Positions 12,451 through 27,332 of a stretch of DNA of 64,000 nt are shown here, in pieces. Made by a program: the position numbers and the translations under genes. How positions within the stretch are numbered: the first letter of the stretch is position 1; every line of letters starts with the position of its first letter. The notes below the pieces were generated by a model. It did no database searches. It had not been told where the DNA came from and was given only the letters and a program-made list of their open reading frames with translations. The stretch is from Octopus vulgaris (Eukaryota), in assembly GCA_951406725.2 (NCBI GenBank), contig OX597834.1, forward strand, positions 9,486,001 to 9,550,000, read 5' to 3'.

Positions 12451-14016
12451 TACACACACACACACACACATATAAACCCTATGATATTTGTATACGTCTA
12501 TATATCTATCTTTCTGTCACTATATATGTACGCATGTATGCAGAGGCTTCTGCTAATTTTGACAAAACTACGGAGAAGGCAGGATTCCTAGGAGAGAGAC
12601 CCTGGCATAGAACCTGTGGTTAAAAAAGAACCAGTCATTTCTGAATGTTTCCCAAGGAAATCTACTATTGTGATAGACAAAGTGAAAATAGTGATTTAAC
12701 AACCCTTGTTACTCGAATCGAACGACATACAGATCCAACGAAATTGAAACACACAAATATAATTTGTACGTATATGTTAATTTGCCATGAAGTCTTCACA
12801 TCAAAAGTCATAGGACAAGAAGAATTTTTAAAAGCTGTCAAATCAGGGAAAAGGATTTGTTGGCTCAAAGCAAAATATGCATATTGGAGTGTTTGGCAAT
12901 TATTCTATTTTATCTGTCTTGGATGTATGAAAATCGAAGTTCGAGTTGCTGAGGTCTGATTTCGAAACGTAAATAACCAGATTACCCAACGATTATCTTT
13001 TAAAATATTCGTTTCTTATTTTGTCAAGTGACTATATATTGGTGAGGGATGGGATAAATCAATTATATATATTGTCGCCTCCGAAATGATGGAAGTTACC
13101 GTTAATCTCGGTGAAATTTGACCTCAGTATGTAAAGATGGACGAAATACCGCTTAAGCATTTTGTCTCCCAAGCTAAAAATCTTTTCAAATATTACATCA
13201 TTCTAAAGATATTTCCTATCCACCATCCTCCGTATTATAATAATAAATCCACTAAAACTAATACTAAGAGAAGAAATCCACTAAAATATGAAAGCAAATA
13301 AAATAGCAAAAGAAATTTCCCAGTTATAGATTGAAGATAGTCTTCTAATGTTTTATCGTGATATCAGTCAATTTTTTCTATTTTCTGAAAAATATAATTA
13401 AGCTCATACGTCATTAAGGAGATTAAAAAAATTAAAACACATTATGGCTTTATATTGTGTTCGAATTTTTAGTTCTTTTGTTCATAATAGCTCGCTTTCT
13501 TTGATCTAACTTCTAGAATTGCCATATCAGAGAATCATAAACGGCAAAAGATAATACGAGTAGTACATCCACACTATCGTTTGTTGTTAGATGCACACAA
13601 ACACATATTCGAAGTACTGCTTGTGAGTTTGTTCAATTAATATGCATTTATTACTGCTGCTGTTACTACTAATAAAACTGTTACTATCATTCATGTTGTT
13701 ATTGCGTAATACTAATATCAATTATGATGATGGTGATGATGTCTATTTAATAATAAAACTAATAATATCGATTACGTACACGTGAACAAAGCTTCAGATC
13801 GGAAACGTAACAGCGTGGTTTTCCTTTCTTACTTAAGAGCATTAATAACGTAATTCGGTGTGAAAAGCTGACATCAACCGGGATTCGAAACCAGGTCACC
13901 CGTCAGAGCTTCTCACGATGGCAATAACGGCGATAATAAGCCAAGCAGCACAACAAAATGCATTAGACTTCGTGCAAGATTCATTCAACACTCGTTATGC
14001 TCATAGCAGCCATATG

Positions 14017-14573
14017 CCTACCGCTCTATGTCACGCTGGTGAGACCCATATTGGAGTACGGGATTCAAGCCCCGTCTCCTTATCTCCTCAAAGACATACA
14101 TCATCTCGAAAGAGTCCAGAAGCTGGCTACCCACATGCTTCTTGGTCTCAAGCATTTGTCTTATGAAGAAAGGCTGAAGATGCTCGACCTTTATTCTCTA
14201 GAAAAACGACGACGACGCCGTGGTGATCTCATTCTCGCCCACAACATCATAAGCGGAAAGTGTAACCTCTCGAAAGAGCGGTTCTTCACTCCTGCTCCAA
14301 AGCGTCGGCTGCGGGTTCACTCCGAAAAGCTCTATCTGCGATGATTTCATCTCAATCGAAGGAGAGGTGCCTTCTCCGTCCGGGTTGCGGATCCGTGGAA
14401 TAAGCTGCCGGACGAGATAGTGAAGATGACGACGACCGCTCGGTTCAAAGTCTCTCTTGACCAGAAATGGCCTGAACTATTTGCATGAACACTCTCTCCG
14501 TACATAACTGCATGTCCCCCTACATGGCCTTGCTTTTGCTTTTTGAGCCAAAAAATTAACTTAACTTAACTTA
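14017..14573 (+). mobile_element. 5'-truncated CR1/L2-type LINE 3' end (ORF2 C-terminus, 3' UTR, (TTAAC)n tail)
   Basis: LYVTLVRPILEYG...LERVQKLAT...LSYEERLKMLDLYSLEKRR..RGDLI...AFSVRVADPWNKLP is the typical CR1-group post-RT region. Premature TGA at 14342; same-frame terminal TGA at 14486-14488. Confidence 0.9.
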
Positions 14574-14842
14574 GCATCGCCCTCTCATTACACAATTTCA
14601 GTACTCAATGACAAATACACAAACCACGACGGGAATATTGTTTATAAAAATCGATACGCGAACTAAAATACAAATTACACCAACAACGATTTATATTTTG
14701 CAAGATTCTCTCTCAAAATTATGCATCACTTTCCGCTCGATGCATGTTATTAATACTCGTATTTCGCGTCGAGTTGTTGAGATCGGGTCGTAGTAGGTCT
14801 GACGATTTTTAACCAAGTACTTGTGAAGATATGACCCAATTG

Positions 14843-15022
14843 AATATTAAATTTCCATGTTGTTTATCTGAGAGTCTGTCTAATGCTTACACACACACAC
14901 ATACACGTACAATGCATACGTACGCATACACATATGTAAATATATATATATATATATATATATAAATGTGTGTGTATAAGCATTAGAGAAACTCTCATAA
15001 ACACTATGAAAGTTTAAAATTT
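14843..15022. repeat. Imperfect inverted repeat (~55-bp arms) centred on a (CA)/(TA) microsatellite
   Basis: tgtttatctgagagtctgtctaatgcttacacacac versus gtgtgtataagcattagagaaactctcataaaca. Confidence 0.8.
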
Positions 15023-15714
15023 AACACTTGTGCTTATTTGTATATCTATGTATATATACATATATGTGTATATACGTATATATATTATATAAGTATGTTT
15101 ACATACAGACTCACACGTGCACACACCTATATATGACAGTACATCCCCTGTATTATTCTATGTGTGTTTTGGAAAGATATCATTTGATAGGCGCCGTCAG
15201 ACTGATAAAATATAAAAGAGAAAAGAAAAACTGGTGTATTAAACAGATGTGTGGTGTTTGTTTCCAGTTAGAGGCTTTATTGTAACTGTTCGAGCAATTT
15301 GTGACAAAGTATACCATACTGTTTCAAACCATTTATGTACTATATCGGTGTCAAATCGATTTTCCACACGCTGACGCACACAAGAAATGGTATACTCTTA
15401 CACAAGTACACGCGACACTGCTACGCACAAGAACATAGGAACGTTCAGCTGCTCATTTCACCTCTGAGAAATGGCAGCTAAACGTCCCTCATATCACACA
15501 AACATTTGTAATTATAAAAGGCGACGTTTGATGGTGTGATAATTGCTTCCCTGGAAATACTATAGATCGGAACAGCAAGGCTGGTATGATGTTGATCGTA
15601 GATCTACTCCACGTGGCTTGACACGGGGTTAAGCAACAAGATGTAATGTTTTCCTTAATCAATTAAGGAAGTCGCTTGAAACGGCCGTAATGAATTGTCA
15701 CCTGTACATCTTTG

Positions 15715-16040
15715 TTACTCATTTATATATTAAGCCTGGTGCTTATTCTATTAGTCCATTTTTGCAACTTCGCTAAATTATGAGGAAGCAAACAAAGAAA
15801 TACCGTTTGTCAACGGTGTTGGCTCAAAAACCCAAATTCACACATACACACACACACACAATTATATACGTCGGATTTCTTTCATTTTCTCTTTACGAGT
15901 CTACTAAATCCACTCACACGGTTTTAGTCGGCCCGAAGATATTATGGTAAAGCCACTTGCCAAGGAGCCACACAGTAGGACTGAACACATAACGGCGTGG
16001 TTGGGAAGCAAACTTCGCAATGCAAAGCCAAGCATGGCGC
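15715..16040 (-). mobile_element. Degraded SINE family A
   Basis: Recognisable aagcctggtgcttattcta...aaatccactcac...ggactgaac blocks. Confidence 0.65.
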
Positions 16041-16672
16041 CATATTGTACCAGGCCCGTTTGGCCTAACGCCCGATATGCAAATCAGTCACCCTGAATAG
16101 GTTTCTAAATAACAATTGTTCGATTAACCGAGAACCTACTTAACAGATGACTAAACCAGGCAATGAAAAACTCTATCGTCCTTTTTGTTTCTCGAAGAAA
16201 AAACGATTGTTTTTAATGATTTTATATTAGATTCCTTGCCAGGAGATATGAAGCCAAATACTTTTGTCCTGAACACAGTTGACAAACAATCATGTATATT
16301 TTTTTTATATTAATTCTACATACCAAAACCATATATAGACATGAGGAAAATATATATTCACACAAATTATCAACTCATCAAATTGCGATTATTATGCATA
16401 AAAGAGGAAAGCAAATAGTGAGGTGACTATATTTAAGTTATGAAGCATGTATAATACAAACATGTTAGTCCGTTTTTGTTGCTATACATACATATGTTTA
16501 GGAAACATCATGGGAAATCAATATGTTTGACACAATGTTTGCAATTTTTACTGTCGCAACAGCTGTCGAAATAATTTTAGATTTAGCAATCTGACTATCA
16601 ACACCCCACTCTGTCTTTCTCTCACAAACACACGCTTCTATATACGTGTGCGCATGTATGTATGTATGTAGG

Positions 16673-16733
<61 letters not shown>

Positions 16734-16925
16734 GCAGGCAAACGAGGCTAATTTTCAGAGCATATCTTGCCAGTTAGCTTATCTTGAATGTTACTTCAGT
16801 GAAAGCAGTCATACAAGGGAATATACGAACATACATATACAGACATATGCATAACCATTTACACACACACACAAATATAAGCATGTACATACATTTCTGA
16901 TTATGCATGTATATATATATATATG

Positions 16926-17015
<90 letters not shown>

Positions 17016-17017
17016 GG

Positions 17018-17050
<33 letters not shown>

Positions 17051-17260
17051 TGGGCATGTATAGAAGACTATGATTGTAGGAAATTAGCTTAGCACTTGGT
17101 TCCATTCTTAATACACTTTGAACGGATATTGCTAATTATGGTTCTGAGAAGAGTGGGGAATTTTTGCAAATCACGCAAACAAGACAACTTACTCTTTCCT
17201 CCAAAATCTTTTGCCTTTCATTCTCTCACTTCTTTGATTCATTCGCTCTCCCTATGTGAG

Positions 17261-17298
<38 letters not shown>

Positions 17299-17300
<2 letters not shown>

Positions 17301-17690
17301 CGCAGGAATGGATGTGTGGTAAGTAGCTTGCTTACCAACCACACAGTTCAGGGTTCAGTCCCAATGCGTGGCACCTTGGGCAAGTACATTCTACTGTAGC
17401 CTCGGGCCGACCAAAGACTGATGAGTGGATTTGGTAGACGGAAACTGAAAGAAGCCCATCGTATATATTTATGTGTGTGTGTATGTTTATGTGTCTATGT
17501 TTGTCCCCCCAATAGCGCTTGACAACCGAAACTCGTGTGTTTACGTTCCCGTAACTCAGCGGTTCGGTAAAAGTGACCGACAGAAAAATTACTAGGCTTA
17601 CAAAGAATAAGTCCTGGGGGCGATTTGCCCGACTAAAGTCGGTGCTCCAGCATGGCAGCAGTCAAATGACTGAAAGGAGTAAAAGAGTAA
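17299..17690 (+). mobile_element. SINE family A, full length
   Basis: Head, body and gagtaaaagagtaa tail. Confidence 0.9.
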
Positions 17691-17968
17691 CATGGTATTT
17701 TCTATTTATTTAAAAAAATTTTTATCTAGTTTCAGCTCACCGACTGTGGCCATGCTGGGGCACCGCCATTTATATGTATATATATGTGTATATATAATGC
17801 GTGTATGGGTAGGGATATTTTAAAATTTGATCTCTATACAATATTGGAGAGAAGAAATACTATATTTTGATCCGGTGAGTCTCTTGCTACCCACAGTTTT
17901 GCCTTTGGCTAGACAAGATGTGCAGGCTTACATGCATACATAGACACACACACACACACACACACACA

Positions 17969-18017
<49 letters not shown>

Positions 18018-18291
18018 TTCAGGTATAAATACATACATACATATCGTGCTTGAGAGAGAGAGAAAGTGGGGAGAGGGTTGAATGGCATACAAAGAGAGAA
18101 TTAATGATTGGTGTGGGAACTGAATCGAGCAGGTAGCGACCTCAAGCTTTCTAGAAGATTCTTTGCAGTTCCGCTCGAATCTACCTCGCAGTCTAACTCT
18201 GCTTTGTATTAGTGGTGTTTATGCACGTGAGAACAAACAGTTGCTCTTTTCCAACAAAGCTTATTCAATTATTGTCGCCAAAAGGATTTAC

Positions 18292-19360
<1,069 letters not shown>

Positions 19361-19897
19361 ATAGACATACAGACACACACACATATACACAAACACAGGC
19401 ACACAGACACGCAAACTCACGCGCAGGCACACATGCACACACTCACATGTACATCGTACTGAAATTCAAACGAAATCGATGCATTTATAAATAGTCAGTA
19501 GTTGGTGTGTGTGTGTGGAGTTAGTTTTGTCTGCTTCTTTCAGTGGCAGGACAATCGAGTCGGTATTGGTAGAAATTCAGAACTCTTCGAGTCCTCTTTT
19601 CCTTCCATATCTATTTCAATGGTCATAGTTATTTGATTCTTAAATAATTCGATGATAAGCGTATTTTGTTGTGAACAAGATGAAAGCTTATAGCAGCTAT
19701 AGTACTTCTGTGCTATTGATTACTTAATTGAATGATTGAATTATCGATTCGTAGATATATTGATGATTAGCTATCTTTCGGAATTATCTTTCTCTGTGTC
19801 TCTCCCATGGACAATCGTCCACCGTATTTTATTTTATTTTATTCTATTTTGGACGTAGATGAAAGTGGAAACCCTCCTTAGAGCCACACATACAACT

Positions 19898-19939
<42 letters not shown>

Positions 19940-22841
19940 ATGTGTATATGTCTATACATATATGACTATACACATACACTCTGATATAAGCGGGCACATA
20001 TACAAAAGATTCCTCACCTGTATCTACACACACGTACTAAAACTGATAGTGGGCCAACGAAAGTTTCTGCAATGGAACATGATTTTGTTGCTGCTCGCTT
20101 AGGGGCCCCGTCTGGGAGGTGCAGCAGTAAATACAAATAGAACTCACCTCTAATTGAAACCGTCCCAACCGTGACCTTTACATCTCTTTATATATCACAG
20201 AGTACAATACCCAGCCTCTCCTCACTTTCAAGATGCGGAATTTGTTTTGATAGATATTTCGGTGTGTTCAAATTGTAATGTGATTTTCGAAACTTTGCTT
20301 ATCTCCCCCTTATTCCACGTAACTGACCGCTACTAGAATTCAGCGCTGCTCTACAAGTTAATCAACAAACCGTCGGTAATTTAATATCATTTGCATCGTC
20401 ATTTTTTGTGTTAGTCTTCGTCACTCGAGCAGACCTCCATTATTTTCATAAATGCTAGCATATCACAGAAACGTTATCGCTAGTCTTTCTTGTTTACTGC
20501 AATGTTACCATATCACGGACAACTGTTTTCTAATCTATCACAGGTACAGTTTTCCCTACAGAGAGAATTGATCGCTCTATTAGGAACCAACACACCTCCA
20601 TTAATCATCCACTGCTCTTGTTTATCTCGGTTAATTATTCTACCTCGCAGTACCTGGTGCATTACTTCAGTGTATGTTAACCCATGTGACGTGTGTCATT
20701 AGTGTTACATTGTTTTTTTTAGGACACTTGTGCTGATCATTAGAATAGTCTCCTTGCAATACGATAATATCAGATACTTATCCATAAGCATTACATGAAA
20801 CTTATCATGCATATATACATGTTAGTGACACTCCAATAGTAGAATAATTAATGAGTTACTATTTCAATGTGTCAGGCTAAAATGATCGCCATTTTATTGG
20901 CGTGGGTTGTTCTCGTGTGAAATCATATGTACGCATTTATTAGCAAGCTGTTCCTGACTTAATTATCCAGTACTGGACCGAATGGAACCTCCCGTTTTTG
21001 AAACAGTAAAGTGTTAGTCGAACGATTGGTCGTTTATCTTTGTAACAATTCGAGCAACCAATTAGAGACGCCTTTATTGTGAGCCCTTTATATCAACTAT
21101 GGATGGATTATAACACCAATGATAATATAAGAATTGTTGATCTCTTTTATTGTTATTCAGTACGTTACGTTCTCTTAAAAATAAATACTCTTCCAAATTA
21201 ATCACAGCATGTGAGTGATGTGTTATGCAGATTCCCAACGTACACACACTGTATCGTTGCCATTGAATTTCGGAAGGCGTACCCTGCTATCCATCAAAGT
21301 TTTATATAATATAACTTAAAAGAGATTGATATCAATAGCACAGCTGTCTGGAAAGTTCTTAATTTGATGACCTCTCATCCTTCTCCATCTCAGTTTCTCT
21401 ATCTCTTTCGTTTGACCGTTTCTTTTATCTTCCTTTCTTCGACATTAAGTCGTAGGTCTGTGTAACTGTCTCTTATTATGGCTTCGTATTTGTGGTGGAG
21501 GGTAATAGCGAGTATACAGAGTTTTATTCTTTGGTTGTCGCCTATCAGGAAGCGATTTTGACTCGATAAACGTCAAATTCATGCGCGTGAATAATATATG
21601 TAATACAAGAAACCTTCGGCATATGATTGCAATTGAGCACGCAAAGCAAGCATAAACATATCAAATGCATTCCTAGTTTCATGTATGAGATATGTGTATA
21701 TATGAATTTTCACTGTAGAGAATTACCTAATAGGCATATTAAAGTACAGGTCTAAGATCATAAAATATTATATTATAAACAGATCATATAAGATACATCA
21801 CACAAACAAAAATTGTGCTTTCTTTGCGTCTAGGCTCAAAGGCAATACATATTTTAGTAGAATTTACAATTGACGTAGAGCCATATTTATGCCTTTTCTC
21901 TAAACTATTATCATTCACATTGCATAAAGTTTATCATCAGAATGGTAGTATATCTGGGTGGAGGTGAGAGGATAGAAAATATATCATTTTTGTTGTATTT
22001 ATTATCATTTATCCACCGATTAGTAGTCGTATTATCTGTAATCTTAGGAAATTGCTTTATTTTTATCTATTTATACAATTTTCCACTTTTAGCAATGATA
22101 CGGCAAATCTATGATCAAAGATAATCTAACCGTGACCAACATGTTCTTACTAGGTTTTCTCTCTAACTAGTACACATTTGGTCAAATGGCCTGTTATTAA
22201 AACAGAAAGGTGTTAAGTGAAAGTAATATTTCTGCTATTTCTAGCAGGGTTGGTCACATCAGAGTTGTTTCTTCATCGTAGATTATGTACTTCTGATAAG
22301 AGATTAATGCTGTAGGAGAAGCGAAGCCATAGTGTAGTCATTGCTTCCTCTGGCCTCAGATCTTGATTGCATTATTCACGACACGCTCAGATAGCTAAAA
22401 ATAAGAGCGAAATCTCCCACAAGTCATACTCTGTACAGTATTACACGAGGAAGGACAAATTTAACAATCATAAGTAAAAATCAATAGAATGATATTAGTT
22501 GGAACGGGTCACATAATGAGTGTATTCATCATAGAATATCCCCCGTGCCTAAACATCGCCAACACTTTAAACCATTAGTTGCGGTCATCTTCTTTATCAT
22601 CGTCATTATCGTGACCACATTCATATCTGCCATAATAATTTATTCTACCATAGCACACAGCTCGACCTCAGGGGAAGAGGTGGGGGTCTAGGCCATTACA
22701 TCGACGCCAGCGATTGACTGGTATTGATTTTAACAGCCTCGGCGGGACTTGAACTCAGAACCTAAAGAGAGGCAACATGTTGCTAAGCTTTTCGTTCGGA
22801 TTTTATGCTAATGGTTCTACTACTACTACTACTACTACTAT

Positions 22842-22876
<35 letters not shown>

Positions 22877-22884
22877 AATATGAA

Positions 22885-23080
22885 TTATTCAAACTTCCAA
22901 GAATTTCTCTCAACACACGGCTATGATGCTCCCCCAACTACTTCTGCTCGTGATCAGAGAGGCACATATCGTCAGCCGCTAAGGGACATGCTCAACTGGT
23001 TAAGGTCAAACAACTGACAAGCAAATCTGTGGTATTTAGCAGAATATTTCCTGTAGACCATCTTTTACACCAAGACAAAA
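22885..23080 (-). mobile_element. Repeat family D fragment
   Basis: Partly the reverse complement of 33223-33340. Confidence 0.6.
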
Positions 23081-24424
23081 GTCATAGTTATCATTAGTAT
23101 TACTACTACTACTACCAGTAGTAGTAGTAAGTATATAAGAATTACACTACAGCAAAGTGAGAAATATATGCTTAATTTTTTTTTTGTTTTTCAATATATG
23201 ATAGAAGGAAATCTATCAAAGTATAAGCAAACGGGTGTTTTCTGACAACAACACCCTTATTTACTCTTCTCACTTCAATCAGAAACTTGAGTAACTTCAC
23301 ACACGTTTTCTGTAAACATCCAAGCTAAAATCTATATTTAGTTCCAAAGCACAAGCACCTGTCCCTTCTTAGACAACTAATACATTTAAGAAGACTCCCC
23401 CTCCTACTTCCGCATTCACTCTTCCATTTATTTCCCCAGTTTTTAACATCTGCTTTTTATATAACAAAAATACATGCTTTTATTATTATTATTATTATTT
23501 GAATGTTTTACTTTTACTATCTAACTTCTTTTCGCTTGAAGTAGGTTGGTTGATTTTTTAGCAAAATTTGTCTCTCTATTTTCTTATTCATCAATAAACT
23601 TTTGAAATTTTGTCCTGGATACGAAAATCGACAAAATGTATCTAAAAAAAAAAAAGGAAATCTTACATTTTTTTAAATAAAAAAAAGAACATATACAAAT
23701 ATAAAGAAAATAGGCAAAACAGAGCATTGCAAAATATAATGTTACAAACAGAACATACAATGAAAAACAAAGATGAAACACACACACACAAAAAAATGTT
23801 TAGAACAGAATGGTAGAAATAGTCTGCGAGTCTGCAAGTCGCACAGACTTTGTTTAAAGCAGTATTTAAAATACACATTATGTATAGCACTTACATTGAG
23901 TAGACGCTTCGGCTTAGCATAAACAAAGCACCTAAACCGATGTTTAGGTACGGCTTTGGAAAGAATGTGTGTAGTAGACTGTTAGGAGCAGGTTGATGGC
24001 GTCGTTGATCCCTACGATTTCAAATACCAAACTATCAGCATTTCTACACTGCTCTTTTTTCCCTTCTCTCACCCTCACTCTCTCTCCCCCTCTCTCCCCC
24101 CTCTCTCTCTACGTGTACATATATATACATTCGTTTAATATTACCCTCCCCTAGGAAAATAAAGAACGTATGGCATCGTCCGTTTTTCTGTCCTTGTTTC
24201 GTATACATTCGATCCTTTTTCCAAGAAATCTAATGCTCGTAGCTTAGTTTTACCTTGGGGCTGGCCGGATCGGAGCGATCTCAAGATTAATCAGCCGAAA
24301 TTGCGAGGATGATCCGGTTCTTGACTGAAGATTAGAGGCTTCGATTGACCCGTCCGTTTTTTGTGTCGTCTATTTGAATGTTTTGCGTTCTTGTCACATT
24401 TTGTATTTTTATATATATTTTTAT

Positions 24425-24464
<40 letters not shown>

Positions 24465-24753
24465 CGCTTAGACGAGAATGTCTACCTTGTAAATTGCACA
24501 AATAAAATTCCAAATAAATTGCACTCAATATTCGAGGTTCTGATGAAGATATATGATGTTACCGAGGCACTCATCTATGGGTCTGTTACTATAAGCTAAT
24601 GAAATTCTTAACATAGTCATTGTTTTTCCTGCATCATCTCTTTTCCTGGTGTATATATATATATATATATATAATATGCAGCGTGGAAGGTGTTTATAAG
24701 CCATTTAAGAAACACACAAAAGCCGTTCGATTCACTCCAACATTTAAGTTTAA

Positions 24754-24803
24754 TTTGTCAAAATATTTTCGTCGCTAAAATCCGCGACCTGTTCACTGAC
24801 AAA
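24754..24803 (-). ncRNA. Mirror copy of the G3-C8 hammerhead motif
   Basis: Exact reverse complement of 24829-24878. Confidence 0.65.
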
Positions 24804-24828
24804 GTCCGTGCTGCATCTCAGCACGGAC

Positions 24829-24878
24829 TTTGTCAGTGAACAGGTCGCGGATTTTAGCGACGAAAATATTTTGACAAA
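24829..24878 (+). ncRNA. Minimal type I hammerhead motif, G3-C8 core variant
   Basis: tttgtca-GTGAACA-g-gtcgc(ggatttta)gcgac-GAAA-atat-TT-tgacaaa: 7-bp stem I, 5-bp stem II, palindromic stem III AATATT, UUU site. Confidence 0.65.
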
Positions 24879-25016
24879 TTAAACTTAAATGTTGGAGTGA
24901 ATCGAACGGCTTTTGTGTGTTTCTTAAATGGCTTATAAACACCTTCCACGCTGCAATTGTTTTCGTTTCAGCACACGATCTCAGATCAAATTACTTGCTA
25001 TGCGAGTACATCTCCG

Positions 25017-25063
<47 letters not shown>

Positions 25064-27117
25064 TGTATATATAAATCTTATTTGCAATAATTACAGAAGA
25101 GATTAACAAACTTCCCTCAAAGAGATAAAGAAACAATCGTTCGATCTGCTAGTAATTTCCTTTCTACCAGGTACAGAGCGTGTAATTTTGGAAGTCGTAG
25201 TAGTCAATTTCATCGACTCCAGTACTTGACTGGAAAATATTTTATCGATCTCGAAATTATCACTCACAAAGTCGACCTCGTCGGAATGTGAACTTAGAGT
25301 GTAAAGGGTGACTAAATGCCTCTAACCATATTGCTAGTAATAATGACCAAATCATTGATATTGGGCAATAAGTTATCTTACAAGCGGACGAATAATGTAT
25401 AAGACTGTATTGTACGGGACCCTTTTGAGAATCATGAGATGACCTAGGCTCAAAAATCTTAGATCATGTGTTTGCTCCTATACCAGTGTTCACTTTTTTA
25501 CATGTATTTATCGCTGCCAGTAAGACAGCTGAGGACTGATTTGTGAGCCACAGACAAGTCCATATTGATAAGAGAGAAACCTCCAATCATTTCACTAGAG
25601 TTAACTGATACCCATTTACGCCGGCAATACATGTCCTTTGGCAAAACTGTGTACCCGTTGATATGACAGGAACCTGTAATCAATTGACTCGCTCACGAAT
25701 ACTTAATCGATCCAAGCTTTCTGAACGAGTTTTCTTTCAAAGAACTTTTGGAAGATTATTTTTCCTTGCGGCGATTTACTCAATCTCTTGAATGGTGAGA
25801 ATAATCCTCGCCTATTAACTTCGTATTTCGATTCAATACGAGACATCATCTTTGTGACAATCCAAATTGATTTCGACATCAAAAATTGAGGGTAAAATCG
25901 TGAGTAAAGAGCTAGTCGGTACTTAAATGCCGTTTCATATTCCAGCTTTAATAAAAAGTTAATCTTCCCCAATTGATTCTCATCATGGAAATGTGCTGTA
26001 GAAGCCATCAATGAATTCTAAGCTAAATATGAAGTGACAACGAGATAAACTATATAGTCGTTTCACCTGCTAGAAAACGTAACTAAATCACTTTCATGTC
26101 AGGTACCGAGGTCTACAAAAATAAATGTCGCTATGAATAATGTAGTCCGAGACACATATTTTTTTTAAAAGAATAAAAAAAAAAAAAACGAAATGGTATG
26201 CGTGCAGCTGGAACGCTTGATATCATTAGTCAGCTTGCTCTCTCGGGGATGACCTGACGGCAAACAAGCATAACAACATGTTAAATATCAAACGAAGAAT
26301 TTGCTCTTTTAAGCCTTCCCCTATATTTAATAACCGCAACAGATAATTTCTTTTTTTTTTCTTTTCCTATGTAATATATAAAATATGTGTTATCAGCATA
26401 GCATAGATATCATACTGATATCGGTATATATATAAACTGTGATTTTCTTAATATATTTATTTTTGCTTATAGATTCTCTTAAGTTGATTCATTTAAATTC
26501 TATAAAGCAAACATATACGATAACACTAGATTCTGTTACTCAATTTTTTTTCTAATTCATTGTAAGGCTTATCTTTTCTTTTTTAAATATGAGAAGTTTT
26601 GTAACATGGCTAGATTATATAGCTTTTTTTAAAAACAAAATAGAAAACGTTTATTTTTACTCTGTCAAAAACTTTCCAGTATATAGTTTGTAGGCTCAAC
26701 TAACGGATCCGCAACTATAAATAAAAATTATTATTATTATTACTATTATTATTATTATTATTATTATTAATATTATTATTACTATTATTATTATTATTAT
26801 TTGCCATAAAGAAATTGGGGAAATATAAGAAAAAAGCTGTATATATTCTCTACTTTGGAAATTTTATTGATTATAAGCTTTACGATGGGAATTGTACACA
26901 GACACATACATCTCATCGTGTGTGTGTATATGTGTGTGTATGTTCGAGCGTGTGTGTGTGTGTGCCCACGACTGCGTTTGTATGCCGTTTGCAATCATAA
27001 ACACATAAACACATAGATCGAAAACAAGCGATACAACGCATTCCTTTTATCCCCAAGAGTCATAAATGCACAACTTTCATATGGAAGGCATCGAATAGCC
27101 AAACAAAAATATCAAAG

Positions 27118-27159
<42 letters not shown>

Positions 27160-27332
27160 ATAAATATATTTGTAGATTCTATTCCATCAGCGAATTATAG
27201 AACTAATCAATCTACAGGATGAGCCAAACACAGGTCAAGATCGTGTATTATTTCAAAGCAAGCCACGGAACACGGTAGAAGAACTGGAACGTAGAAAATA
27301 TATTTGAGATTACTCGTGTTAACGTTCACGTT

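Larger units (their letters stand above)
24677..25020 (+). mobile_element. PLE-like insertion: perfect 137-bp inverted repeat plus a 65-bp one-sided tail, within (TA)n
   Basis: 24677-24813 is the exact reverse complement of 24819-24955 (5-nt spacer catct). The right arm continues to 25020. (TA)n flanks both sides. Confidence 0.75.

Noticed and set aside
12645-12959. Non-repetitive ~100-aa ORFs (also 25703-26011, 31469-31780, 36499-36807, 3287-3556, 58810-59007)
   Set aside because: No recognisable domain or convincing pair of splice signals; lengths are plausible by chance.
12940-12980. ctgagg...cgaaacgta
   Set aside because: No stem II and an incomplete core.
13775-13815. gtgaaca...gaaacgta resembling the G3-C8 hammerhead
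   Set aside because: Neither stem I nor stem II pairs.
13868-13918. tRNA-like B-box fragment on the minus strand (ggtttcgaatcccgg)
   Set aside because: No A box or cloverleaf; at most a SINE relic.
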